The notes beneath the pieces are model-generated. The model saw nothing but the letters and a program-made list of their open reading frames with translations. It had not been told where the DNA came from and did no database searches. The position numbers and the translations under genes are program-made. From Pseudomonadota bacterium (GTDB lineage: Bacteria > Campylobacterota > Campylobacteria > Campylobacterales > Sulfurimonadaceae), in NCBI GenBank assembly GCA_043797085.1, contig JAZDQA010000013.1, forward strand, positions 64,001 to 128,000: 64,000 nt of DNA, given 5' to 3'. Positions 28,209-39,570 of the stretch are shown here, one piece after another (the first letter of the stretch is position 1; each line of letters begins with the position of its first letter).

Positions 28209-28907
28209 TTAAACTCTAAATTCTCGTGTTTTAAAATCTGCTTCGATAAGAGTGCGTGTATAGTCCTCTTGAGGATTTTGCAAAACGTTTTTCATAGTGC
28301 CCTCTTCGATGATTTTACCCTCTTTAAGAACGCAAATATCCTCGCATAAATCCGATGCGACACCCATATCGTGCGTTACAAAAAGAGTTGAAAATCCCAA
28401 CTTCTCTTGCAATGATTTGAGTAAGGCGCTCATCACTTTTTTTGCTTCAGGATCCAATGCCGTCGTTGGTTCATCCAATAAAAGCAGTGATGGCTCGCTC
28501 ATGAGTGCCATTGCTACAACTACCCGCTGCAATTGACCCCCTGAAAGCTCACTGGGATAACGGTTTTGTAATTCAAGATCCAACTCAAGCCACCCAAAAA
28601 TCTCTACCACCCGTTCACGCGGATAAAACATCTGGTCTTTTATTTTTGTGAGCGGTGAAAGTGCCGTAAATGGATTTTGCGGGACTAAAGAGACACTTTT
28701 CCCTCTGACCCACTCGAAGTCAGAACGTTTTTGCATTCGAACATCCAAGGCACTGTCCGACATTCCCAAAAGTGCTTTCAGGATCAACGATTTACCGCTG
28801 CCGCTTTGCCCTACTAATGCGAGTGAAGTACGAATTTCAAAAGAACACTCAACAAGCGTTAATTCTCCATAGCGAATAATCAACTCATCGATATTAATAG
28901 ACTTCAT
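28209..28907 (-). CDS. ABC transporter ATP-binding protein (peptide/nickel type)
   Basis: GQSGSGKS, LSGGQLQR, LLDEPT, VTHD. Confidence 0.88.
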   Translation of the reverse strand: MKSINIDELIIRYGELTLVECSFEIRTSLALVGQSGSGKSLILKALLGMSDSALDVRMQKRSDFEWVRGKSVSLVPQNPFTALSPLTKIKDQMFYPRERVVEIFGWLELDLELQNRYPSELSGGQLQRVVVAMALMSEPSLLLLDEPTTALDPEAKKVMSALLKSLQEKLGFSTLFVTHDMGVASDLCEDICVLKEGKIIEEGTMKNVLQNPQEDYTRTLIEADFKTREFRV

Positions 28908-28911
28908 CGCG

Positions 28912-30021
28912 CTATTTTATCCAATTGTGACTAAAACGCTCACACACCTGTTTTAAAGTTTCCTCTGAAATATCTATACGTGCAATCAGACGAATAATTG
29001 AGCGCTTAACCGTCGGCTGACGAATGGCACCCACACTGATTCCAAACTTCTCTTTGAGGGAGGCTTGAATCTCCATCACGATATGATTATCCCCGATTTC
29101 AACAGGAAGAATCAACCCCTGAATCTCAATACCAAGAATCTCTTTGATAATACGCTGGCGCTGTTTTATTTTTTCTTTTAAGTCACGAATATTTTCTTGA
29201 ATGTAATTTAATGCATGATGAGCCAATGCCGTATCGTATAAAGAGGGTGCGGTTGCATAAATAACATTTTTGGCACGATTTATGAGATATTCGCTGATAT
29301 GAGCGGATGAAAGAACGTAGGCTCCAAAACTCCCATACGCTTTCCCCAGTGTCCCCATTTTTATCATCTTGTTCGTGGGAGAAATCTCATAAAAATCGAG
29401 AATCCCCATTAGATGTTCCCCAATCACCCCGCTGCTGTGTGCCTCATCGAGAATCACCAAAACATTATGGCGTTCACACACTTCTAAAACAGCTCGCGAG
29501 AGAAGATCTCCCCCCATCGAGTAAATCCCCTCAACGGCGACGATAATTCGTTTCTCGTGCGCTTTAGCAATCGCGTTTTCCAATGCACTCGCATCATTAT
29601 GGGCAAAAAATTCGACCCGTCCCTCACACATCTTGGCTCCCATTACACCGCTGGCATGATACTCTTCATCCATCAACAGCACATCGCCTTTGCGTACCAA
29701 CGCTTCCATAAGACCGATGTTGGCGTTAAATCCGCTCCCCATCACAATTCCCGCTTCAAAACCGTTCGCTTCATAAAGTGCCATTTCAAAATTTTGATGA
29801 ATAGGGTGATAGCCGTTGACAAGCATTGAGGATTTTGGGGAGTGATAAGCGTAGTGTGAAAGAGTTTTACACGCTTTATCGTGCAATTCTTGATGATGCG
29901 CCAAACCTAAGTAATCATTGGATGCCATATCGATTAAAGCCGCATCCACCACATGACGTTCGCGATAGCGTCCGGAGCGTTTTAGAGCTTTGAGTTCGTT
30001 GGCGTAAAGGTTGTTCATCAT
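28912..30021 (-). CDS. bioF: 8-amino-7-oxononanoate synthase
   Basis: SNDYLGL, HAS, EGIYSMGG, DEAHS, GTLGKAYG (PLP lysine). Confidence 0.85.
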   Translation of the reverse strand: MMNNLYANELKALKRSGRYRERHVVDAALIDMASNDYLGLAHHQELHDKACKTLSHYAYHSPKSSMLVNGYHPIHQNFEMALYEANGFEAGIVMGSGFNANIGLMEALVRKGDVLLMDEEYHASGVMGAKMCEGRVEFFAHNDASALENAIAKAHEKRIIVAVEGIYSMGGDLLSRAVLEVCERHNVLVILDEAHSSGVIGEHLMGILDFYEISPTNKMIKMGTLGKAYGSFGAYVLSSAHISEYLINRAKNVIYATAPSLYDTALAHHALNYIQENIRDLKEKIKQRQRIIKEILGIEIQGLILPVEIGDNHIVMEIQASLKEKFGISVGAIRQPTVKRSIIRLIARIDISEETLKQVCERFSHNWIK

Positions 30022-30563
30022 AGAAAAGGCTTAAGCACTTCAATGCAAAGCCCCATAGCGGTACTTTCATATCCTCTAGTCTCACGAATATACGGTTTAC
30101 AAAATCCCTCAACCATACACGCACCCGCTTTGCCACGCCACTCACCGCTTGCGATGTAGCGATCAATATCATCGGGATCAAAAGGATTGAAAAAATAGTG
30201 GGTAGAGGAAATATCGAGCAGTTCCAAACGAGGGGTTTTGTAAATCATACAGGTGAGAATAGCAACTTCACAACCGCTTTGCGTCGCTAAAATAGCACGT
30301 GCATCTGCTTCGTCTTTAGCTTTTCGAAGAATTTTACCCTGAGCGGTCACAACCGTATCCGCTACAAGCAAAGGAAAATCATTGCATCCGAATTTTTCAT
30401 AGTTGACGCGATATTTTCCCAGTGTTGCTTGGTAGACAAAATTTTTAGGGCAAGAAGAGATAATCGAGTCTTCATCAAAATCGATGGACTCTTGGAAAAA
30501 GGGGATACTAGCCGAGCAAAGAAGTTCGGCTCGAGTGATGGAAGAAGAACAAAGACGGAGCAT
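30018..30563 (-). CDS. maf: Maf-family nucleoside-triphosphate pyrophosphatase
   Basis: LCSSSITR, ADTVV, KAG, MGL. Confidence 0.85.
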   Translation of the reverse strand: MLRLCSSSITRAELLCSASIPFFQESIDFDEDSIISSCPKNFVYQATLGKYRVNYEKFGCNDFPLLVADTVVTAQGKILRKAKDEADARAILATQSGCEVAILTCMIYKTPRLELLDISSTHYFFNPFDPDDIDRYIASGEWRGKAGACMVEGFCKPYIRETRGYESTAMGLCIEVLKPFL

Positions 30564-30567
30564 TTAA

Positions 30568-31104
30568 TTAATAAGCATTTCGTAAAACTACACCGATAAA
30601 GATGGCAATAACACCCAATATAATATTTACCGGAACCATATATTGAGCAATCGGAGTCAACATTGCTTTTGCACGCCCTAGATCATTGTTGACAAGTGCT
30701 TTTTGTGCTTGATTGCGTCGATAAATCATAACGCCCAAATTAATCGCCATAATCATCCATATCGCCTCTTTGATATGAACGGTTTGATACAAACTCATCG
30801 CATAATCATCGATTACATTTCCCATCGCATCCATGGCCGCAGCACGAAAACCTAGTCCTACTGCCATGATGACCGCTGTAATAATCAAAATAACTGCAAA
30901 CGGCGTTACAATAGTAAAAAGGCGTTTAAGGGTATGCGCCGCACGCTCCATTTTAATTTTTGGATCGGTAATCATCGCACACGATTGATGAACGGCAAAA
31001 CGGATGGCAATCATCCCTCCGACCCAAATAACCGCACTGATAACGTGTAAAAAGATAATCGTTAGACGATAATCGGCAAACAGTTGGACTAAAAATTCTT
31101 TCAC
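30568..31104 (-). CDS. Four-TM hypothetical membrane protein (CopD-like N-terminal motif)
   Basis: [15 protein letters not shown] start overlapping the alaS stop. Confidence 0.6.
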   Translation of the reverse strand: MKEFLVQLFADYRLTIIFLHVISAVIWVGGMIAIRFAVHQSCAMITDPKIKMERAAHTLKRLFTIVTPFAVILIITAVIMAVGLGFRAAAMDAMGNVIDDYAMSLYQTVHIKEAIWMIMAINLGVMIYRRNQAQKALVNNDLGRAKAMLTPIAQYMVPVNIILGVIAIFIGVVLRNAY

Positions 31105-33653
31105 GCAAGTTCCTTGGTAATATATGCCAATGCAGCTTCAAGTGCTTCATTTATCTTCGAAGGATCTTTTCCGCCCGCTTGAGCGAAATCCGGACGTCCT
31201 CCGCCACCGCCGCCAACGATCGGTGCGATAGCTTTGACCCAGTCTCCCGCTTTTACGGAGGAATTTTTGACCCCGCTGGCAAGTAGAACTTTATCGTCTT
31301 TGACTTGGAACAACATTACACAAATCGACTCGTGTCCATTCTTAAGCTCATCGATACGCTCTTTGATATCGCCTAATCCAAGTTCCGCCACAACAACCGC
31401 CGTAGTCCCCATCATCGTGACCGTGATCTCCTCTTTCGAAGAAGAAGCCAATGCGGTAATTTCGGTTTTAAGGCTTTTTACTTGCTCTTTAAGGCGCTCT
31501 ATTCCTGCCAATATATCTCGATTTTTTACGGATGCTTCCAGCTCTTCGAGAAGATGGCGATTGGCTTTAAAAACATTGTACGCCGCATTTCCGCAAACTG
31601 CTTCGATACGTCGCACACCCGCACTTACGCCGCTTTCTTTGGTGATGATAAATGTTCCGATGGTTGCCGTGTTATCGACATGGATACCTCCACAAAACTC
31701 TACCGATGCCGTCCCAAAATTGACAACACGAACGGTATCGCCGTATTTTTCACCAAATTGCGCTTTTGCACCGCTTTTTTTGGCTTCATCGATGCTCATC
31801 TCTTTCGTCACACCCTCTAGGGCATGGAAAATATGATAATTAACTTTCTCTTCAATTGCTCTAATCTCTTCATGACTCATTGCTTTTGGATGAGAGAAAT
31901 CAAAACGCAATCGGTTATGCTCAACCAAAGAGCCCGCTTGTGAAATATGTTCCCCTAACAACTCGTACAACGCCGCATGAAGAAGATGCGTTGCGGAGTG
32001 GTGTTTCGCTATTTCATTGCGTGACACATCCACAACTGCTTCTACTGTTTCACCAACCATTATCGTCTCTTTGACCTCAACATGCGAAAGATTTAATCCA
32101 TGGAATTTTTTCGTTTGAGTGACAACGGCTTTATCTGCGAGCATCCCATTATCACCGCATTGTCCGCCGCTTTCTGCATAAAAAGGAGTTTGTTCGAGAA
32201 GAACCCACCCTTTTTGATGTGCATGGAGCTGCTCAACCCGCTCGAAATTTTCACCCAATAAAGCTTGGATTTTTACTGGTGCCTTGGTGTAAGCATATCC
32301 GATGAACGTATTGACACCGAACGTCTCCAAAAGCGTTTTAAAATCACCCTCGACTGCCGTATCTCCCGAACCTTTCCATGCCGCTTTCGCACGAACACGC
32401 TGCTCTTTCATAAGAGTTTCAAACGTATCAGTATCGAGTGCGAGATTTTTCTCTTTGAGCATATCTTCGGTCAAATCCAGAGGGAATCCAAACGTATCAT
32501 AAAGTTTAAACGCCACTTCACCGCTAAACGTCTCTTTGGTATTTTTGAGCTCTTCATTAAACAGCTCGATACCCGATGCAATGGTTTTGAAAAAACGCTC
32601 TTCTTCGAGCATGATTTGCTCTTTTAAGACCGAGAGTTTTTCCACGATATACGGATACTGTTTCCCCATAAGTTCCGCTACGGTGTCCGCAATCTCAAAC
32701 ATAAACGGCTTGGTAAATCCAAGGAGATACCCGTGACGTACCGCTCGACGCAAAATACGGCGAAGAACATATCCGCGCCCCTCATTCGAGAAATTTGTCC
32801 CTTGCGCAAGAAGAAAGGTGACAGTGCGGATATGATCGGCGATAACACGGTACGATGCACCGCTGGCATAATCATACGGCTTACCGATCAGAGCTTCAAC
32901 TTTACGAATAATCGGCATAAATAAGGTTGAGTCATAGTTGCTTCGAACCCCCTCAAGGACTGCAACTGCACGTTCCAACCCCATCCCGGTATCAATAGAA
33001 GGTTTTGGCAACGGCTTTAACTCTCCCTTAGCATTGCGCTCGTACTGCATAAATACAAGATTCCAGATTTCCAAGAAACGATCCCCATCGCCTCCCATAT
33101 AATCCTCTGATCCATTAAAATACTCAGCTCCCTGATCGACGAAAATCTCCGAACACGGACCGCAAGGACCCGTATCGCCCATCTGCCAAAAATTGTCTTT
33201 ATCACCAAGACGCATAATACGATCAGCAGAAATATGCTTCTTCCACATCTCTTCCGCTTCATCGTCAGACTCATGAACCGTTACCCAGAGTTTATCCACA
33301 GGAAGTTTCATCACTTGCGTAATAAATTCCCACGCATGGGCAATTGCCTCTTCTTTAAAATAATCCCCGAAACTAAAGTTCCCAAGCATCTCGAAAAATG
33401 TATGGTGACGCGCGGTATGACCAACGTTTTCCAAGTCATTGTGCTTACCGCCTGCACGCAGACACGTTTGTGAACTGGTCGCTCTAGGATTAGAGGGAGC
33501 AGGAATATCGCCCGTAAAAATAGACTTAAACGGAACCATCCCAGCATTGGTAAACAACAACGTTGCATCATCAGGAACAAGAGGCGAACTCGCCACACGG
33601 GTATGGTTTTTTGATTCAAAAAAGGCTAAAAAAGCTTCGCGTACGTCCATCAT
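31101..33653 (-). CDS. alaS: Alanine--tRNA ligase
   Basis: [49 protein letters not shown] editing domain, GGGGGRP. Confidence 0.98.
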   Translation of the reverse strand: MMDVREAFLAFFESKNHTRVASSPLVPDDATLLFTNAGMVPFKSIFTGDIPAPSNPRATSSQTCLRAGGKHNDLENVGHTARHHTFFEMLGNFSFGDYFKEEAIAHAWEFITQVMKLPVDKLWVTVHESDDEAEEMWKKHISADRIMRLGDKDNFWQMGDTGPCGPCSEIFVDQGAEYFNGSEDYMGGDGDRFLEIWNLVFMQYERNAKGELKPLPKPSIDTGMGLERAVAVLEGVRSNYDSTLFMPIIRKVEALIGKPYDYASGASYRVIADHIRTVTFLLAQGTNFSNEGRGYVLRRILRRAVRHGYLLGFTKPFMFEIADTVAELMGKQYPYIVEKLSVLKEQIMLEEERFFKTIASGIELFNEELKNTKETFSGEVAFKLYDTFGFPLDLTEDMLKEKNLALDTDTFETLMKEQRVRAKAAWKGSGDTAVEGDFKTLLETFGVNTFIGYAYTKAPVKIQALLGENFERVEQLHAHQKGWVLLEQTPFYAESGGQCGDNGMLADKAVVTQTKKFHGLNLSHVEVKETIMVGETVEAVVDVSRNEIAKHHSATHLLHAALYELLGEHISQAGSLVEHNRLRFDFSHPKAMSHEEIRAIEEKVNYHIFHALEGVTKEMSIDEAKKSGAKAQFGEKYGDTVRVVNFGTASVEFCGGIHVDNTATIGTFIITKESGVSAGVRRIEAVCGNAAYNVFKANRHLLEELEASVKNRDILAGIERLKEQVKSLKTEITALASSSKEEITVTMMGTTAVVVAELGLGDIKERIDELKNGHESICVMLFQVKDDKVLLASGVKNSSVKAGDWVKAIAPIVGGGGGGRPDFAQAGGKDPSKINEALEAALAYITKELA

Positions 33654-33747
33654 GGGTTACTCTCATTTGGGTAAAATTGTCGCGATTATAGCGAAGATGA
33701 GTTTAAAGAAAGTAATTAGGTTTAAAAGAGAGGATTTCGGCTTCGTC

Positions 33748-33798
33748 GTCACTCCAGTGAAGACGGGTGTCTAGCTGGATTCCCGCCTTAGTGAGTGA
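33748..33798. repeat. Degenerate REP-like doublet (GTCAYTCC family)
   Basis: GTCACTCCAGTGAAGACGGGTGTCTA-G-CTGGATTCCCGCCTTAGTGAGTGA. Confidence 0.45.
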
Positions 33799-33860
33799 AG
33801 TGCTATCGAGTGAATGATGAAAAAGAGCATTCGCTAAAAAGCAAACGTAAAAATAAAAAC

Positions 33861-35528
33861 TTACGAAAAGGCTCTATTAAGTGCACTAAACATCGCCTTA
33901 ATCGACGCAACAGTAATATCATTATCGCACCCGACACCAAAAAAATTCTGCCCATTTTCACTCTGAATCTCGATATACGCAACCGCTTCCGCACTGGAAA
34001 GTTCACCGCGTGAATGCTCGCTGTAGGAAAGAATTTTAAAATCATGTGAATACTCGACCATCAGAGCATTTTTGCATGCATCGATCGGACCGTTTCCTTG
34101 ACCTTCTGATCGGATCGTTTTGCCGTTATGCGTATATTCGAGAACACATTTAGCCGAATGCTCTTTTGCACTCTCTGAAATCACCGAATAATCCACAAAC
34201 TCAATGTCATGCGGTTCGCCAAAATAGGTCTTCTCAAAAATAGCTAAAATCTCTTCGCTTGAGAGCTCTCGCCCTGCTTTGTCTGTCACATCTTGAACGA
34301 TTTTTCCTATCTCAGGGTGCATTTTCTTCGGCAGCGAATAGCCGAATTTATCTTCGAGGACGTAGGCTACGCCACCCTTACCTGATTGAGAGTTGATACG
34401 GATAATCCCCTCGTAATTTCGTCCGACATCCGCAGGATCGATGGGCAAATAGGGAACTTCCCAAAACGCATCGTCTTTGCCCCGCTGATATTCCATCCCT
34501 TTTTTAATCGCATCTTGATGTGATCCGGAAAACGCGGTATAAACCAACTCTCCGACATATGGGTGACGCTCATGGGTTTTCATGTCGGTACACTCTTCAA
34601 CGATACGAACGACTGTTTCTAAATCGCTGAAATCCAACTGCGGATCGACCCCTTGGGTAAACATATTGAGCGCCAACGTGATGATATCGACGTTTCCGGT
34701 GCGCTCACCGTTGGAGAGCAACGTCCCCTCAACACGATCTGCTCCTGCAAGTAATGCGAGTTCCGTCGCCGCAACCGATGTTCCACGGTCATTGTGCGTA
34801 TGGGTTGAGATCAAGACGTGCTCACGATTGTCGAGATGACGGCTCATCCACTCGATCTGATCGGCATAGACGTTGGGCGTTGCCATTTCTACGGTTGCAG
34901 GCAAATTGATAATCACTTTACGTGTTGCACTGATACCCCAAGCGTCTGTCACCGCATTACAGATACGGGCAGCATACTCCAACTCCGTCCCCGTAAAACT
35001 CTCCGGTGAATACTCTAAGCTAATTTCGCCATCATGCTTAAGAGCGCGCGCTTTCACCATATCGACACCCTCTAACGCCAAAGCAATAATCTCGTCCTGC
35101 TCTTTTCCAAAGACGATTTTACGCTGTGCCGTAGAGGTAGAATTATAAAGGTGTACAATCGCTTTTTTAACGCCCGCTAATGCTTCAAATGTTTTGTCAA
35201 TCAAGTGTTCACGAGCCTGCACAAGAACTTGAACCGTTACATCATCAGGAATCAAATTTTGCTCGACAAGGGTTCGCAAAAAGTCAAATTCGACCTTAGA
35301 AGCAGAAGGAAATCCCACCTCAATATTCTTAAATCCAAGTTTTAGCAAGAGCGAGAAGAGAGAGAGTTTTTGATCCAAATTCATCGGAGTAATCAACGCT
35401 TGGTTTCCGTCGCGAAGATCGACACTGCACCAAATGGGAGCGTGCGTGATGGTTTTGGTCGGCCAAATACGATTTGGCAAATCAACTTGAGGATAAGGGC
35501 GATATTTGCCCGTGGACATGTTTTTCAT
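33861..35528 (-). CDS. leuA: 2-isopropylmalate synthase (yeast/actinobacterial type)
   Basis: WCSVDLRDGNQAL, EYSPESF, NLPATVE, HTHNDRG, GERTGN, AFSGSHQDAI, GNGPI. Confidence 0.96.
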   Translation of the reverse strand: MKNMSTGKYRPYPQVDLPNRIWPTKTITHAPIWCSVDLRDGNQALITPMNLDQKLSLFSLLLKLGFKNIEVGFPSASKVEFDFLRTLVEQNLIPDDVTVQVLVQAREHLIDKTFEALAGVKKAIVHLYNSTSTAQRKIVFGKEQDEIIALALEGVDMVKARALKHDGEISLEYSPESFTGTELEYAARICNAVTDAWGISATRKVIINLPATVEMATPNVYADQIEWMSRHLDNREHVLISTHTHNDRGTSVAATELALLAGADRVEGTLLSNGERTGNVDIITLALNMFTQGVDPQLDFSDLETVVRIVEECTDMKTHERHPYVGELVYTAFSGSHQDAIKKGMEYQRGKDDAFWEVPYLPIDPADVGRNYEGIIRINSQSGKGGVAYVLEDKFGYSLPKKMHPEIGKIVQDVTDKAGRELSSEEILAIFEKTYFGEPHDIEFVDYSVISESAKEHSAKCVLEYTHNGKTIRSEGQGNGPIDACKNALMVEYSHDFKILSYSEHSRGELSSAEAVAYIEIQSENGQNFFGVGCDNDITVASIKAMFSALNRAFS

Positions 35529-35677
35529 GTGGTAACTCCTAAAAATTTCTCTTCTCTATTGCTCTTGCTGGTGCAATAAGTGACGTGATTATAGCAAAAA
35601 GGGCTTTTGTTGTTATATGTAAGCAAGCAAAATTAGGTACAATACTTGCTTTTATTAATTAAATTTAAAGGAGTCAC

Positions 35678-37060
35678 GTGAATTCAATCACGATTGTTCA
35701 CATTCACGATGATTTCACTTCCATTACTGAAGCAAAAAAGACGAGAAAAGGGACTGTTTTTTCTTCTAAAATACAGTTCACCGAACCCTATGAAATCGCC
35801 AATTACTTAAAAACTAAAAAGAAAATATACCTTTTTTTCTCCACTGACAACATTCTCGAAGAGTCCATTCTTCTTCCCTCGGTTATCAAAAACGAAGCTA
35901 CCATACAAAGTGCCCTCCTCGCCAAAATTCATGACAATAACATAACTTCTGAAACGCTTATCTTAAATAAACTTTATACTACGCTCGATCCAACGGGGGA
36001 AAGCGCCATCCATCGTTACGAAGGACTCTATGAAAAAGAAATTCTCTCGACTATCGCTCCCGTCCCTAAGCATGAATACCTTCGCCGTATCAGTGTAGAA
36101 CGTTATGCTCTTTTCGCTTTAGCACAACACGCGTTTAGAGGACGAAGTTATCTTTGTGTCTATACGGAAGAAACAAGAAACCTCATTGTAGCCGTAGACA
36201 ATGGCACACTTTTATTTAGTCGTATCGGTTTTATTCAATCCGAAGATGAAACCGAACGGATTATGGAACAAATCAGCGACATCAATCGCACCGTCACGTA
36301 TGCGCATCAACAATACCGTGAAGCTAAGTTTGAGTTTATTGCTATTTGCGGAAATATCGCCGATGGTGAGATCGTCCCGATGCAATTAAACGCCTCAACA
36401 GGTCTTGGCGTCACCGTACTGGCACCGACCCTTATCGTCGATGGATTGGAACCCAATCTGGCACAAAACAGTATTTTGGAAATCGGTATGCTGTTTTTAG
36501 ATGACAATATGAATTTTCTCCCTAACAGTGTCAAAGCAGCTCGAGAGTTTTACCTAGGGAGTGCGATTGCGATTGCATTTGCATTTGCATTTATGCTGTT
36601 TGGATTATTTCAAAGCCATGATGCCTACACTTCCTACCAAGCTTCTCTGGACGAATACGACACCGTAGAATCCAGACTCTACCAAACCCTTCGAAACACC
36701 GATACCCTTGATGACAAACAACTCCAAGAGATCATAGCTCAACTCAAAAGTTCTACCCCCCTGCATCATCACCTTCTCGACGATCTGATCCTTTTTGATA
36801 ATGTTTTAAAACTTATCAAGCCCCAAGCCGTGAGTTTTACCGAGGGAGGAGAGCTGACATTGGATTTTAAACATCAATACAAAACACTTATGGAGCTTTA
36901 TCTCTTTGAAAAAAACTTTCGATATGAGGCAGGGAGGATCAAAGATACACAAGTTATCGCTACCTATAAAACTGACTACAATACCCTAACTTTTGAAGCT
37001 ACACTAAAAAGAGGCGGAATACAGCCCGTATCTCCTCCACCAAGAAGGAGGAGACAATGA
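35678..37060 (+). CDS. Type IV filament alignment protein, PilM-PilN/GspL-like
   Basis: Large soluble N-domain, NFLP motif before a single TM, periplasmic coiled coil; first gene of a secretin/ATPase operon. Confidence 0.55.
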   Translation: MNSITIVHIHDDFTSITEAKKTRKGTVFSSKIQFTEPYEIANYLKTKKKIYLFFSTDNILEESILLPSVIKNEATIQSALLAKIHDNNITSETLILNKLYTTLDPTGESAIHRYEGLYEKEILSTIAPVPKHEYLRRISVERYALFALAQHAFRGRSYLCVYTEETRNLIVAVDNGTLLFSRIGFIQSEDETERIMEQISDINRTVTYAHQQYREAKFEFIAICGNIADGEIVPMQLNASTGLGVTVLAPTLIVDGLEPNLAQNSILEIGMLFLDDNMNFLPNSVKAAREFYLGSAIAIAFAFAFMLFGLFQSHDAYTSYQASLDEYDTVESRLYQTLRNTDTLDDKQLQEIIAQLKSSTPLHHHLLDDLILFDNVLKLIKPQAVSFTEGGELTLDFKHQYKTLMELYLFEKNFRYEAGRIKDTQVIATYKTDYNTLTFEATLKRGGIQPVSPPPRRRRQ

Positions 37061-37548
37061 TACTCAAATGGCTTCTCACATTTATCCTCCTTGTTTTTGG
37101 TATATTATTGCTTTCTTCCGTCACATGGTTTGATGGCAAACGCTCTTTGACAGAACAATTCACCCAAGGATATCGTGATAATATCATCGAACTCCAAAAC
37201 ATCAAATACACAAATCAGTGGATTCGTGATGTCGTCATTCCCAATTTTTCAACAATGCCCCTTTCCAAAGCCAATGCTGAGCTGGATATGATCAATTTTT
37301 ACGATCGCTATACGCATACCTATAATTTTAAAGTCTCTCAATTTATCTATTACGACACCTCCGCTAAAATGGATATCGGTTTTTCATTTATCCCTAAAAA
37401 TCAAGATGCCATTGATCGATTCCTAGCTCTTCATTACGAAAAAGGATTTTTACAAATCCAAAATATTTCTTCAAAAGAGGGAACAATCAGTGGTGTATTA
37501 ACCATTATCCAACCGATGCAAGGAGACATAAATGCATCTGGACAATAA
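37057..37548 (+). CDS. Bitopic membrane protein, PilO/GspM-like by position
   Basis: N-terminal TM; translationally coupled (ATGA overlap). Confidence 0.45.
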   Translation: MILKWLLTFILLVFGILLLSSVTWFDGKRSLTEQFTQGYRDNIIELQNIKYTNQWIRDVVIPNFSTMPLSKANAELDMINFYDRYTHTYNFKVSQFIYYDTSAKMDIGFSFIPKNQDAIDRFLALHYEKGFLQIQNISSKEGTISGVLTIIQPMQGDINASGQ

Positions 37549-38086
37549 ATCACTTCTCATTCTCTCTTCACCCTTAATACTTGCAGCAGGAATATGGTTT
37601 TTTGCGGCAGATACACTCGTTGAAGGGTTGGACTACTTTTTTGAACCCGTACAACAACAAAAAACTTCCAGCTTAGATGAAAAAAGAGAAGCGTACAGTT
37701 TTATTACAGGAAATAAAGAAGAATATGTATCCCTTTTAAAAAAAATCGATTTACGCAATAAAAACCGATTTTGGATCAGCGAACGCCTTTATCAACCATA
37801 TTCACCTCAATCAACCGCTTCTGATACCCAAAGTCAGGGAAATTTAGGACTAAAGGCACCTCCCCCGCTCCTTCAATTTGGCGAGGGAAATATCACCGCT
37901 CCCACATCAACAACACCATCATGGAGTGTTCAGATGGTACTGCCAGATCAAAACATAGCCGTTATCAACAACCAAATCTACCACGTTGGTCAAAGCAGCA
38001 ATGGGGTAAAATTGCTCGAAGTTGAATCCTCAAAAATACACATCCAAACCGCAAAGGGCTCTCAATGGGTAAAACTATTTCATTAA
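37532..38086 (+). CDS. Bitopic protein, MshK/GspC/PilP-like
   Basis: N-terminal TM, Pro/Thr linker, C-terminal AVINNQIYHVGQSSNGVKLLEV beta domain; precedes the secretin. Confidence 0.5.
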   Translation: MHLDNKSLLILSSPLILAAGIWFFAADTLVEGLDYFFEPVQQQKTSSLDEKREAYSFITGNKEEYVSLLKKIDLRNKNRFWISERLYQPYSPQSTASDTQSQGNLGLKAPPPLLQFGEGNITAPTSTTPSWSVQMVLPDQNIAVINNQIYHVGQSSNGVKLLEVESSKIHIQTAKGSQWVKLFH

Positions 38087-39570
38087 TCGCATCATTATTT
38101 TTAGCGCTGATCTTCACAGGATGCTACACAGCCTCCCCTGCGACTCATCCAAAGTTACTGAGTGAGCAAACTCGTAATGCAACCGCATCAGGAGAAATAA
38201 AAAAATTTAACGACCAAAATAAAAATACTCCTCCTCCACCGATGGTCTTGCCAAATGTCTATCAAGATATCTCTCCCTTTAGCGGAAAGACCATCTCTCT
38301 CTCCGCTGAAAATGCCAACCTGCGCCAAGTACTGTATCTGATTTCCCAAAGCACCGGATTAAATCTCATCATCGACAGCGATGTTGATGCCAATACCACC
38401 ATTACTTTAACACTGGACAAAGCCTCGACCGAAGATGCTCTCGATACCGTCATGGATCTCTCGGGATGTTCCTATACACTTAAGGGCAATATGCTCTATA
38501 TCAAACAATATACACAACGTACTTTTTCTATTCCCTATATTCACACCCAAAGCTCTTTTGATTCGACACTCGGCGGAGATATACTAGGAACAGCAGGAAG
38601 TGCCTCTACTGCAATCAGCGGTAAATTTGCTCTCAACTATAAAAATCCTGCCGAAGCCAATGATTTTTACAAACAGCTTGAAGCCAATATAAAAGAATCG
38701 ATTAGCCCAAATGGTAAATTTACCCTCAATAAATTTACTGGAATCCTCGTCGTTACTGATAAAAAATCGGTTCTTGACAGCATCGATGATATGCTCAAAA
38801 AAATCAAAAAAAGTGCCTCACGCCAAGTACTCATCGAGGCAAAAATTCTTGAAGTAGTCCTCAATGATACCCATCAACTGGGAGTCGACTGGGCTACACT
38901 GCCTGGAGCTATTGGAGATTTTTCATTTGGACAAGCATTAGGACTGGAAAACTTCAAAAAAGGTGGAGTACTCGCTTACAGTGACAAACATCTCAATGCC
39001 ATTGTTACCGCTCTCGATACCGCAGGAGACATCCAAACCCTCTCTAATCCTCGTATCAAGGTTTCCAGTGGTCAATCAGCACTCATCACCTCCGGAAAAC
39101 TCGTCCCTTTTTGGGATTTAGAAGTAACTCCTGGTACTTCTATTGGTACTATTTATACTCCGGCAATCTATGAATATACCCGCCGCGATGTTCTCGATGG
39201 TCTTTCGTTAGGAGTCACTCCAAAAATCACTGAAGAGGGGCAAATCATCCTCAATATCATCCCTGTCACCTCCAGTATCGAAGGGGAAAAAACCCTCGAA
39301 GGCTTCACGAGTACCGGTGGCACAACTACGACAGGAACGGTTGCCACCGCACCGATTATCAACATCAAAGAAGCCGGAACCATCATCTATGCCCGTGACA
39401 ATGATCTTGTCCTCATTGGAGGACTTATCAACAACGTCAAAAAAGATGAACGTTCAAGCATCCCTTTACTCGGTGAAATCCCCTACTTAGGTGCTCTCTT
39501 TTCTCAAACAAACAAAAAAGATGAAAAACGCGAACTCGTTATTTTGCTTAAACTCAATTTGGTCGAATAA
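38065..39570 (+). CDS. Lipoprotein secretin (MshL/GspD-like)
   Basis: Lipobox FTG-C, STN-like domain, QVLIEAKILEV, GVDW, LSNPRI, IGGLI, IPLLGEIPYLGALF, ELVILL. Confidence 0.9.
   Translation: MGKTISLIASLFLALIFTGCYTASPATHPKLLSEQTRNATASGEIKKFNDQNKNTPPPPMVLPNVYQDISPFSGKTISLSAENANLRQVLYLISQSTGLNLIIDSDVDANTTITLTLDKASTEDALDTVMDLSGCSYTLKGNMLYIKQYTQRTFSIPYIHTQSSFDSTLGGDILGTAGSASTAISGKFALNYKNPAEANDFYKQLEANIKESISPNGKFTLNKFTGILVVTDKKSVLDSIDDMLKKIKKSASRQVLIEAKILEVVLNDTHQLGVDWATLPGAIGDFSFGQALGLENFKKGGVLAYSDKHLNAIVTALDTAGDIQTLSNPRIKVSSGQSALITSGKLVPFWDLEVTPGTSIGTIYTPAIYEYTRRDVLDGLSLGVTPKITEEGQIILNIIPVTSSIEGEKTLEGFTSTGGTTTTGTVATAPIINIKEAGTIIYARDNDLVLIGGLINNVKKDERSSIPLLGEIPYLGALFSQTNKKDEKRELVILLKLNLVE

Noticed and set aside
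31234..31836. 200-aa plus-strand ORF, and the many other 60-180 aa overlapping ORFs in the track
   Set aside because: They are antisense or alternate-frame shadows of conserved genes (alaS, fusA, rpoBC and others) with no RBS or recognisable motifs.
35529..35600. Leucine attenuator upstream of leuA
   Set aside because: The leader after TGCTATAAT is short, with no Leu-rich peptide ORF and only a weak hairpin.
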